The notes under the pieces: model-generated
Told to the model about the DNA's origin: nothing
Databases searched by the model: none
What the model saw: only the letters and a program-made list of their open reading frames with translations
DNA from: Eledone cirrhosa
Lineage: Eukaryota
Direction of reading: 5' to 3'
Assembly (NCBI GenBank): GCA_964016885.1
Contig: OZ024740.1
Location: forward strand, 13,392,001-13,456,000
DNA length: 64,000 nt
In this document: positions 13,481 through 23,444 of the stretch, one piece after another
How the letters are laid out: each line of letters opens with the position of its first letter
Numbering within the stretch: the stretch's first letter is position 1
Made by a program: the position numbers and the translations under genes

Positions 13481-14032
13481 TGAAAAGGCCCTAGATTTGA
13501 TTTGAAATCTCGATTATCTAATATTTTACCCCATCAAATTGTTGCTTTAATGGGCGTCATCTTCTGAAAACAACTTCAATTCTGTTTGTATCACACAACG
13601 TTAGGGCGTTCTTATTATTTTTATTTAAGACTCAGAATTTTATGGCTTACCCAGTTGTTCTATGTCCCGGGAGGGTTCAGTATTTTGTTTTGCTTTTAAA
13701 CTGTGTTGTATTCTCCTTGGTATCAAGTCGACTGGGTGGTTATGTTACAGAAAGGACCAATGTAAGTACTCAACATCATAAATGTATAGTGTGCAGTAGT
13801 GCTATTCTGTGTAGGCTGTCTATATGTCTAAACCCTACGGTTTTTCTTTATGCATTTGTCTGCAGTTTTTTTTAATAATCACTCCCAAAGAGAACTCAAT
13901 ACATAAGTAGAGTCTATTTTTACTGAAAAAGGTACAGAAGATAAAATATCTTGCAGTTACAGATCAGATTCACCGGACTGCCCTATTTGTTAATGAAAAT
14001 AAACCGTATATATGTATATATACGTATATATA

Positions 14033-14402
14033 CAGTGTACTCCCGGAATCCGCGGTTTCGATTTTTCGCGGAATTTTTCTTAAAATCTAACTAATAATTG
14101 TTTGTGGAAACCACTGCATATTCACGGAATCATATATATATCTTCCGCCATTTTTTATGGCTTTTTTCGTGACAATATATATTATTTTAACGCTCAATTA
14201 TTAATAATAAATATACATATTTGCCCGTCTATTGGACGCCCCCTTCGCATAAGACGATCCCTATTTTTTTAAATTATATTTTACGTTATATTTTGACGTT
14301 TATAGGCATTTTAATGGACCACGTCCAGCATTCACGGTTTATCACTCTTTGCGGGTACTCTAGGTACGTAATCCCCGATCCCCGCGAATACCGGGGAACA
14401 AC

Positions 14403-14404
<2 letters not shown>
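14033..14404. mobile_element. Tigger/pogo-like non-autonomous DNA transposon (MITE)
   Basis: Imperfect TIRs CAGTGTACTCCCGGAATCCGCGG / CCGCGAATACCGGGGAACAACTG; TA on the left flank; no ORF. Confidence 0.75.
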
Positions 14405-14444
<40 letters not shown>

Positions 14445-14530
14445 TCCAGAGTTCAATCCAGTGTAACCACAGTAAGTAAAGTACTCAATACATTAGTAGA
14501 GTGTATACAACACATTTAATATAGAAATGG

Positions 14531-14625
14531 CTCCTACAGGACTTGAACTGTTTCATTTGAAGGGAATCATCAGGAAAGACCTGATGATTTCCTTCAAATG
14601 AAACAGTTTTAGTCCTGTAAAAGCC
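14531..14625. ncRNA. Inverted pair of degenerate type I hammerhead motifs (minus 14531-14577; plus ~14578-14625) inside a fold-back 14504-14650
   Basis: CTGATGA (14581-14587)...GAAA-CAG-N8-CTG-TA on +, mirrored on -; helices I and II are weak. Confidence 0.6.
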
Positions 14626-14687
14626 ATTTCTATATTAAATTTGTTATATATATATATAGTTATGTAATAAACAACATAAGATAATTA

Positions 14688-14748
14688 TTTCATTTACCAG
14701 TGGTTTCTTGAAAGCAAACAAAACTTGCTTTCAATCATCAGAATGAAA
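14688..14748 (-). ncRNA. Type I hammerhead ribozyme
   Basis: Minus strand reads UUUCAUU-CUGAUGA-UUGAAAGCAA(GUUUUGU)UUGCUUUCAA-GAAA-CC(ACU)GG-UA^AAUGAAA: perfect 7-bp helix I, 10-bp helix II, short helix III, GUA cleavage triplet. Confidence 0.85.
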
Positions 14749-14860
14749 AAATCCTGGTGTATTTATTGACTGGATTTTAAAACAAAAATATAATCTATAT
14801 GAAAGTGAGGCTGGAAAAGGAAGAAGGAAAGGAAAAAGAATAAATATAAAAGTAGATAAA

Positions 14861-14912
14861 CACACATGCACACACACACACACACGCACACACACATATA
14901 CATACACACACG

Positions 14913-14955
<43 letters not shown>

Positions 14956-14988
14956 ACACACATATATACACATATACACACACACACG

Positions 14989-15050
<62 letters not shown>

Positions 15051-15116
15051 TATATACATACATATATATATATACATATCCATACATACACACAAATACA
15101 CAAACACACACACATG

Positions 15117-15148
<32 letters not shown>

Positions 15149-15235
15149 CACACACATAATCATACATATATACACACGTACATACACACACACACATACA
15201 CACATATATACACGCATACATACGTGTACATACAT

Positions 15236-15267
<32 letters not shown>
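14861..15267. repeat. Compound (CA)n/(TA)n microsatellite
   Basis: Direct observation. Confidence 0.97.
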
Positions 15268-15397
15268 GGAAAGTTATATTTAAATTGTTGGGTTAACAAC
15301 GAGTAAATATTTATAACTGATATAAAAGCACTCAACAAGTATTTGGAGTATATTCATGATATTAAATAAATGGAAACTATATTTATAAAACCATATT

Positions 15398-15463
15398 TAT
15401 TTCGTTATATATATTTCAGGGATATCATATTAACAATATGTTATGCCATCTTCAGACAAAATA
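15398..15463 (-). ncRNA. Minimal type I hammerhead ribozyme in the PLE 3' pseudo-LTR
   Basis: Reverse complement of the motif at 18871-18936. Confidence 0.8.
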
Positions 15464-16736
15464 CAATATAAACAGTCTTATAAATAAATAGATACGACAT
15501 ACCTTTCAATCACCTTGCATTTGTGAGGTTGATTTGGCAGTAAAAAATATTGTGGACAGTTGTAAAAAGAAAGAGATAAAGAGAGAAGGAAAGAGAAACG
15601 AAGAAAAAGAAGAAATGTATGTGACTAAATAGAGGGATATAGAAAGATAGATAAAGAGAAGAACTTCATGTAAAGAAACAGAGAGAAATATATATAGAGA
15701 GAGGAAAAAAGAAAGAGATAGATAGAGATAGATAGAGAAATTAGGAAGTTGAGTATCGGTTGATACATTTATTTATTTATTTATTTATTTATTTAGCTCT
15801 AGTATTAATGTAAAGAGAGATGTATGTAGTTAGGAGAGAAAATAGCCGTTATATAGAGAGAAAAAAGAGAAAATGAAAAAGAGAAAATGAAACATAACCA
15901 GACATAAACGATGCAGAATTTAAAACCGCTATGTTTTATCCGTAGAAAATATTAGTTCGTATAAAACAGGCATTATAATGTAAGTACCAGTATTCATGAA
16001 TGAGACATGTATCTATAATGTGTGAGAAGTAATGATCTTATGTCTAGTTTTTTAAAAATTCATATGTTTATATCATAATTATAAACAAACTCCCAATTCA
16101 CACGAAAACATTCTCATTGTGCTATAAAAATTCAAGTATACATATATGTGTGTATATATACACATATAAATAGAGTCTATATTAATTTTAACAATACTAT
16201 TCTTGTCTTTATTCTACATGATTGTCGATCAAGCAGAAATAGAGAACAGATTTCAATATATTAATAAAAATAAAAATAAAAATATCAGAGACAAGAAAAT
16301 AAATAAATAAACAGAAAACTAAAACATTTAATATTAAAAATAAAAAATATTACAAAATATTAAAAAATATTAAAAAATAATACAAATAAAACACAGAGAT
16401 CAGCCTTTCAAAGTTAATTGGCAATATATTGCCAAGATCATCATAAGCATCAGAGTCGAAACAGATAAAACAAAAATTGTTTACCAAATCCTGTCTAGCA
16501 GAAATCATTCCAAAAGTTTAGGATACCCAATTGGTCTACATATGTTCTTATATATAATATAGAAGTTTATCTAGTTTAAAATTTAATTCGATATATTTGG
16601 AGCATCAGCTTTTAGGGTAGTTTAATTATTCATGAAGAATGTTTTAATAAAAAGAATGTTTTAATAAAAAGAAGAAATCGAAAGATTTATCGGCTAGTTT
16701 CATAAATAATTACAAATCAAATCAAAACAAACATAA

Positions 16737-18467
16737 CTACATTTTAAATTTAAATTTATATTTAAACGTTGAGTTCAATCTATGTCTGCAGCAACTGAAT
16801 AAATTTGTCCGTAGATTAAGGGAATTTTTAGATTTTAGTATAAAGAATATCTCCTCCGCACAGAGGTCACATGTCTCAGAGGATGAATTAAAAGGAATCC
16901 CCCTTGAAACTATATTCCAAGTCATCGAATATCTAACGTTATCATGCCTAAGTTGCCAGAGTACGCCTGATAGTGCTGTTGAAGATTTTTTGGATGGATC
17001 TGTGAAAGAATTCTTGTGGTTGTTATAACGAAGTTTAAATTCCGTCGATGTAGAACCAACGTAGTTAAAAGAATTAATGTCCGTTTTAACATTACAGTTG
17101 TATATTTTATTTTTAACTAAGCAGTTGTTATTTAACGGACATTTAGATCTATCTCTACAGTTACATTTGTTAACTTGGATATTATTTATGGTATTATCGC
17201 TAGGTTTTAAGTTCCTGTTATTTATTCTATTAATATTTTGCGCTAAATTTTTGGTGGATGAGTAGGTTAGTTTTATAGTATGTCTATTGAAAATTGAGTG
17301 ATGCCTATGTGTTCTAGGGAAGCGATTATCGAGAGCTTTAAAAAATAGTTTAGCAATGTGGGTTTTAATGTTTAGTGAGAAAGGGGGGGCAAACCATATT
17401 ATATTCCTAGTTCTATTTCTTTTATGGCTTTTGGAATTATTGTAATGCTTTCTATTATAGTTGTTAAGGTTGTGGCCATAATTAAAATAGTTGTTATTTT
17501 GTTTAATTTGTTTATCATTATCTATGTACATAATTTTATCACTATATCCTGCTCTAGCTAACGCTTCATTGTAATAATGGGCTTTTTCGTCGAAAATCTT
17601 TTTATTAGATGAGATTCTAGAGATACGTGATTGAACAGAGTTTACTATAGTATTTTTAACAGATTTGGGGTGGTTAGAGTTAAAGCTGGCATAGTTTAAG
17701 TTTTCATTCAACTTGTGAAATGGATAGTGAAGACATGTGTTGAGATTTAATGTTATATCTAGGAAGTTGACTATTCTATGGTTATTCTCAATTTCTATTT
17801 TTAGATTAAAGTGATTAAAAAATTGTGTAATTTGTTTTCTTTTTCTATTTAGTTCAGAGTTATTATTATCAATAAGTAAAAGCATGTCATCTCTATATAA
17901 ACCTCCGGTAGTACCAGGTATTTTCCTATGCAGCGAATTGATTAAAAATAAGCCCACAAGGTCAGTTACCTGAGCTGAGTCGGATGATCCCATAGTAATG
18001 TCAAAATTGTTATCTCTATCTGCTCGGGTCCATAGTTGGTCATTAAATTCTATCAATGTTTTCCTAGCCGATAATATAATGTGCATTTCATTGCTAGTTA
18101 GGTCTGTATGTTTGAATGCGTAATTTAGTGCCTTATTTAGTAGATTAGGGGTAATGGAAGAATAATAGTTAGCAATATCAAGTTGAATAAACTTATTATT
18201 ATTGTTATATTTAATTTGCTTAAACCACTCAACAACCTCACCAGTTCCCTTCCACAAGCTCAGGTTAGGTAAACAACTCAAGTTTTTAATTTGCTGTATC
18301 ACCCTGTCAAGAATGTTTTTGCTTAGTTTACCCAGGTCCGATTTTGATGGTGCGATCAATCTGACTGGCAAGTCATTCTCGAAATTTCTCTTATGATCTT
18401 TCATATTGATCTTCGGTTTCCTGGGCACGAAAGGTTGTGTTCTGTACTCGATTTCCAACTCGTGCAT
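16737..18467 (-). CDS. Penelope-like RT plus GIY-YIG endonuclease, N-terminally truncated (probably Nematis-like clade)
   Basis: KDHKRNF..RLIAPSKS; RT motifs LDIANYY, MGSSDS, YRDD, FLDI; Cys linker CNCRDRSKCPLNNNC; GIY-YIG KIY...YVGST...RYNNH...CDLCAEE...LNLR...CRH. 576 aa uninterrupted. Confidence 0.93.
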   Translation of the reverse strand: MHELEIEYRTQPFVPRKPKINMKDHKRNFENDLPVRLIAPSKSDLGKLSKNILDRVIQQIKNLSCLPNLSLWKGTGEVVEWFKQIKYNNNNKFIQLDIANYYSSITPNLLNKALNYAFKHTDLTSNEMHIILSARKTLIEFNDQLWTRADRDNNFDITMGSSDSAQVTDLVGLFLINSLHRKIPGTTGGLYRDDMLLLIDNNNSELNRKRKQITQFFNHFNLKIEIENNHRIVNFLDITLNLNTCLHYPFHKLNENLNYASFNSNHPKSVKNTIVNSVQSRISRISSNKKIFDEKAHYYNEALARAGYSDKIMYIDNDKQIKQNNNYFNYGHNLNNYNRKHYNNSKSHKRNRTRNIIWFAPPFSLNIKTHIAKLFFKALDNRFPRTHRHHSIFNRHTIKLTYSSTKNLAQNINRINNRNLKPSDNTINNIQVNKCNCRDRSKCPLNNNCLVKNKIYNCNVKTDINSFNYVGSTSTEFKLRYNNHKNSFTDPSKKSSTALSGVLWQLRHDNVRYSMTWNIVSRGIPFNSSSETCDLCAEEIFFILKSKNSLNLRTNLFSCCRHRLNSTFKYKFKFKM

Positions 18468-18870
18468 TATACAACGGCTATATAACGGCTATTTTCTCTC
18501 CTAACTACATACATCTCTCTTTACATTAATACTAGAGCTAAATAAATAAATAAATAAATAAATAAATGTATCAACCGATACTCAACTTCCTAATTTCTCT
18601 ATCTATCTCTATCTATCTCTTTCTTTTTTCCTCTCTCTATATATATTTCTCTCTGTTTCTTTACATGAAGTTCTTCTCTTTATCTATCTTTCTATATCCC
18701 TCTATTTAGTCACATACATTTCTTCTTTTTCTTCGTTTCTCTTTCCTTCTCTCTTTATCTCTTTCTTTTTACAACTGTCCACAATATTTTTTACTGCCAA
18801 ATCAACCTCACAAATGCAAGGTGATTGAAAGGTATGTCGTATCTATTTATTTATAAGACTGTTTATATTG

Positions 18871-18936
18871 TATTTTGTCTGAAGATGGCATAACATATTG
18901 TTAATATGATATCCCTGAAATATATATAACGAAATA
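18871..18936 (+). ncRNA. Minimal type I hammerhead ribozyme in the inverted pseudo-LTR
   Basis: UAUUUUGU-CUGAAGA-[imperfect ~12-bp helix II]-GAAA-UAUAUA-UA^ACGAAAUA; 8-bp helix I; palindromic loop 3. Confidence 0.8.
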
Positions 18937-18973
18937 AATATGGTTTTATAAATATAGTTTCCATTTATTTAAT

Positions 18974-19016
<43 letters not shown>

Positions 19017-19019
<3 letters not shown>

Positions 19020-20109
19020 AGATAGAAAAATGCGTACAGCAAAAAAAAGTAATATTGTTGGAATATAAACCTTTAAAAATACAGGACAAGAAACTAAAAT
19101 AAAACTTTAAAAGAATAGGACAAGAAACTAAGATAAAACTTTAAAAGAATAGGACAAGAAACTAAGATAAAACTTTAAAGAATTGGACAAGAAATAAAAA
19201 ATGTTACAATAATATTAGTGGCAAAATTTTTATTGGTAAAAAATCGAGTTCGACATTCATAGGCTCTGGGTTCCACATTCAGAGGTCGTCGTCAGACCGG
19301 GGGGATCATTTGATCTTGGTTTGAACACCAATTGGGCCATAACCATACCCCTATTTCATCATTCGGCGACACGCCTCATGTGTCATGTTTAATGTGAATG
19401 GACCCATGGGCCCATGAGCACAGATCTTGAGCAGCAGCGGACGGTCTTGTCGTCCCGCTCATCCTTGATCTTGACCAACCCGTCCATCTTCTCCTTGCAT
19501 CTTGTCTTTGAGTTCAAGTCCGGCAGTCCAGATGAATGCGTGCCACAGCTTTCTGGTACAGGAAGGGGAGCAGGAGGACTGGGGGGATGACGGGACAGAG
19601 GGAGGGAGGACCGGTGGTTGAGGGAGGTGCCGTAGTCGATGGTCAGAGTCGACATCTTGTCCCGGTCGTCTTCTCCATCTTCGTCTGGTGTTGCGGGACC
19701 AGAAGTGCATTCTTGGAGGAGACCTGCAGCTGCATCGGCCAATTCTTCTTGCAATGGTCATTATGACGGAGCAGAACTGCTCAGCCAACCAACCCAACCA
19801 GGACCAACCGCTCAGGAGCAACGCACAATGAGAGCATGACAATTATTATGCACTAATCAAGAAGATATTGGGGCATAGCACAGGAAACGAATAAAAAAAT
19901 TTTGCCACTAATATTATTGTAAAATTTTTTATTTCTTGTCCAATTCTTTAAAGTTTTATCTTAGTTTCTTGTCCTATTATTTTTAAGTTTTATCTTAGTT
20001 TCTTGTCCTGTTCTTTTCAAGTTTTATTTTAGTTTCTTGTCCTGTATTTTTAAAGGTTTATATTCCAACAATATTACTTTTTTTTGCTGTACGCATTTTT
20101 CTATCTGGT
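19017..20109. repeat. ~218-bp inverted repeats (19017-19234 / 19890-20109), each with ~3.5 copies of a 34-bp unit, enclosing a GC-rich ~655-bp spacer
   Basis: accagatagaaaaatgcgtacagc... vs ...gctgtacgcatttttctatctggt; unit GGACAAGAAACTAAGATAAAACTTTAAAAGAATA. Confidence 0.95.
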
Positions 20110-20382
20110 CTACTATTTTTTAAGGCAATGCAAGCAACAACTATCTAATAATTAAACGATCATAGCGAATTACTGACAAGTGATTGACATTTTAAAGTTC
20201 TTTTGAGTATAATTGCAATCTAGTTGAGGCAACTGGCTTAATGACAAAGCTAGTAAATCATGAATGCATTTGAGATGATTAGTGCAGAATAGTGAATTGG
20301 TGAAACTTGTGTATTTCAATGGTGTTACAACAATAGATGTAAGTTATATAGTAGTAATACTTTATCATTTTAACTTTTTATA

Positions 20383-20742
20383 ATGGACAAAAACCCATGC
20401 AAAGAAATGACTTTGACTGCAGTGATTCTCTCCAATTTACTTACAAAGCAAAACGTGGTCAAATACCTTATCATCTCTGATAAAATGCCCATTGAATCAC
20501 TGAAAATCGGATGCATGGAATTCCTCATAAAATGCACCTATGAATCGGAAGCCATCACATATATCAATGTATATAGGGAGTTGTTCACACTGGAAGACCA
20601 TCACTTCATTTGTGACTTCACCAGTTATCTCCACGATTATCTCAGACACCCAATGCCATTGATGAGAGGTGATCCAATGTGTGAGCATGTAACTAATCTT
20701 ATAGAAGTTGTTATCGACCACCTGGCTTTTAGTGACATTTGA
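20383..20742 (+). CDS. 119-aa ORF with a BACK-domain-like segment (BTB-associated), probably a fragment or pseudogene
   Basis: LTKQNVVKYLIISDKMPIESLKIGCMEFLIK resembles the BACK consensus LxxxNxxxxLxxAdxxxxxxLKxxCxxFI. Upstream ELVKLVYFNG followed by a GTAAGT donor (20339) could be a BTB remnant. Confidence 0.5.
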   Translation: MDKNPCKEMTLTAVILSNLLTKQNVVKYLIISDKMPIESLKIGCMEFLIKCTYESEAITYINVYRELFTLEDHHFICDFTSYLHDYLRHPMPLMRGDPMCEHVTNLIEVVIDHLAFSDI

Positions 20743-20922
20743 CTGATTTGACTGATAATGATGTATTTTTAAAAAGTATGTGTACATTCTTGTTACTATT
20801 TTAAGGCAATGCAAGCAACAACTATTTAATAAAATTTAAATTTAAAAATGACCATTGTGCATTACTAGTATGATGACATTTTATTAAGTCACAAAATTAG
20901 TCAGTCAGCCATAGAACAAGGA

Positions 20923-21718
20923 TCAGGTGGCAAAAACATTGGCAAAAATTTGTGTCAATTTAAGATTTCCAACATTGTTCAAATGAATCATATCTGGTTT
21001 GAAGTCAGATTTGTCAAATTTTGACCAATTTTCAATGTTGTGAAGATTTGGCAAGTTCAATTTTTGAATAATTTCTTTCATGCAGTAATTAAACTTTTCC
21101 AAACGAGAATTTCTCTTGCCCAAGTCATTTTTATTTTCAATTACACTTTGTGGGCGTGGAATGACACCACTGTAGAAAATGGGTGTACAGTGGTGCTTTT
21201 CCGCTATTTTCTGTAGCCTTGCAAAGAGACTCTTCCCCTGTTTTTCCGGTTTTGTGCCTCGAATGGGCACTTTGTCCTTAATTTACAAATAAATTATTAA
21301 TAAAAAATACTTGGGCAAAAATTATTGTATTACTTTGCACAGCTTTGTAGTGCCAACGGTGCGACGAGGATTCAGATTATTAGAGCCGACATGAACCACC
21401 AATACTTTCACAAAAGGACAACAGATAACAATGTTGGCGATTAACATTACCTAGCCCTGACGGGCCCCAGGTATACAAAATATCTAAGTATTTTTGTTGG
21501 TATGATAAGTAAATACATTTGAATTAATATTTTTATACCTTCTGGTCATTCGATTTCGCCACATTTCTAATTATGGATTTGTAAAAACTGGCATGAATGT
21601 GAATTTGATCAGTCCAATTGCCCGATTTTAGTGAAAAGTTTTGATTCGAAATGGAAATACTCCATTTCCGTGCCATGGAAAAAATGAATAAGCCGATCAA
21701 AAAGCCGCGAAACATCAT
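20923..21718 (-). pseudogene. Three-exon SGNH/GDSL hydrolase (TE-type esterase) with one in-frame TAG; start codon uncertain
   Basis: Splicing GT-AG introns 21484-21538 and 21277-21333 (both phase 0) joins YKSIIRNV (block I), IFCIPGAR (II), VLVVHVGSNNL (III), SGVIPR and PDMIHLN (V, DxxH). Confidence 0.8.
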
Positions 21719-22746
21719 TTTTAATTAAGCGAAATTAGTGGATGCAAATCTCAGAAAATATTGTACACTATTCGCACCTATCGGTACAAAAATATAGCGC
21801 ACTATTCGCACCTATCGGTACAAAAAATCGCACGGCTGTTAATAATACTAGAAGTGCAAACTATCTGTTGAATACCTGGTATATGAAGAGCAACCGATAC
21901 GATCGGTCGGCGATCGGTCTTGAAGAAGAATGAAGAATGAAGTTAAATTTTGGTCTGGTTGTTGTCATCGGTGTTTCGCAGAGATGCCGGCACGAACAAA
22001 GGTGTCAGTGACACAAAGTTGTCCGCTTGAACAAAGGTGTCGGTCCGACAAAGGTGTCAGTCAGACAGACAGTCAGGCAGTGTCACAGTCGGTGCGACAA
22101 AGCGATCGATGCGATTAAAAAAAATTTAACTCAAATGTTTACCTATATTTTCGCAAACTATTGATAGATTGGTACAAAAAATAGCTTTGATAGTAAACAT
22201 AAATTTTTAACGAAGTATTTAAAAAGCATTTTAGCAGTGAAAAGTGAAGTAATGTTTCACACTGACGCAAGTAGGGCCGTTAGAAATGACGTAGTCAATT
22301 AGGAGGAGGGGATTCGGCGATTTGACTACATTTGACTAACGTAATCACAATCACAAGAGTTCCGCCGAAAAAAATTCGTCATTTCTGGATTACCTCCCCT
22401 AGCGTCACGCTTACTACTCACTCACTTGAACACAAGATTTATCAGCAAACTTTGATTATAAACTTTTTCCCGCTGGACAAAATTTCTAGATTTTTAAGCC
22501 AAAAGATGCGTAATGATCTACTGTTCATGCTCATATAAGTTTTATCTCAGTTAAATAAAGTAGAGCCGCGCTGTACTGTCGTAAACAGACGATTGCCAAC
22601 GAAAACACGACCACAACAATATTACTAAACGGACTCCCGTCCGTTTAGGATATATAAATTAAAGTATAGAAATTATTGTGAGCGTGAAGCCAGCAGTATT
22701 TCATATATATATAGAGTTTATCTTTAAGCTATCTCTGTTATTGTAT

Positions 22747-22797
<51 letters not shown>

Positions 22798-22827
22798 AGA
22801 TCAAAAGATGGTTAAAAGAGTTCCAAG

Positions 22828-22898
22828 TATTTTATTATGCGTATTTCAAAAACAAATATCATCATGGGATGATATCTGCGTTTTCATCAGATAAAATA
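22828..22898 (-). ncRNA. Minimal type I hammerhead, left arm of the fold-back 22790-23129
   Basis: Near-exact reverse complement of 23022-23091. Confidence 0.8.
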
Positions 22899-23021
22899 GG
22901 GATACATGATATGAAGCTTAAAAAACACTTGTGAATAGTGAAGTTTTAAATCAACATATCATATGTTGATTTAAAACTTTACTATTCACAAGTTATTTTT
23001 AACCTTCATATCATGTCTCCC

Positions 23022-23091
23022 TATTTTATCTGATGAAATGCAGATATCATCCCATGATGATATTTGTTTTTGAAATACGCATAATAAAATA
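23022..23091 (+). ncRNA. Minimal type I hammerhead, right arm of the fold-back
   Basis: UAUUUUAU-CUGAUGA-..GCAGAUAUCAU(CCCAUG)AUGAUAUUUGU..-GAAA-UACGCA-UA^AUAAAAUA; perfect 8-bp helix I. Confidence 0.82.
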
Positions 23092-23401
23092 CTTGGAACT
23101 CTTTTAACCATCTTTTGATCTTATATTATTTATACTCCAGTCCTACAAACTGTAGAGTGCTACTTATCCGATATTTGCATTGCTTTATTGTGCTACAATA
23201 AAACTCACCTCCTACATATATATGTATGTATTTATTTTGCAAGATTTCTTATCTGGAGACGTGTGTTGAAACAGATATTGTTATAGTTTGGGAGGGTCAT
23301 GCGGCCAATAAAACCACATGCACCTGTTAGTTATGACTTTGATTTATTATAATCTTACAGTCAGTTATTTTAATAAGCAGATGGTTGTTTATTTGTTAAT
23401 T

Positions 23402-23444
23402 GCCAAAGCTCTTTCGTCACACATTCTGTGATCTCCTCAGTGAC
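23402..23444 (-). ncRNA. Minimal hammerhead motif in a PLE-like short repeat (~23225-23480)
   Basis: GUCA-CUGAGGA-G(A)UCACA...UGUGAC-GAAA-GAGC-UU^UGGC. Confidence 0.6.

Larger units (their letters stand above)
15268..18978 (-). mobile_element. Penelope-like retroelement, 5'-truncated, with an inverted pseudo-LTR copy at its 5' end; inserted in (TA)n
   Basis: RT + GIY-YIG ORF; 500-bp inverted repeat 15356-15855 / 18479-18978 with a hammerhead in each arm; (TA)n on both flanks. Confidence 0.9.
19018..22670 (-). mobile_element. Putative non-autonomous rolling-circle element (Helitron/Helentron-like) with gene cargo
   Basis: Minus strand begins TCTATACTTTAAT (22670) and ends CTGG|T (19018). 13-bp subterminal inverted match 19048-19060 / 22614-22626; perfect 10-bp hairpin 22625-22648; SGNH hydrolase cargo; internal 34-bp repeats. 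No Rep/helicase seen. Confidence 0.5.

Noticed and set aside
14731-15338. Cys/Tyr/His-rich ORFs (also at 24459-25051 and 25498-25707)
   Set aside because: Dinucleotide microsatellite translations.
15356-18978. Reading the 500-bp inverted repeats as DNA-transposon TIRs or DIRS ITRs
   Set aside because: The enclosed ORF is PLE RT + GIY-YIG, with no transposase or tyrosine recombinase, and the repeat truncates the ORF as PLE 5' inversions do.
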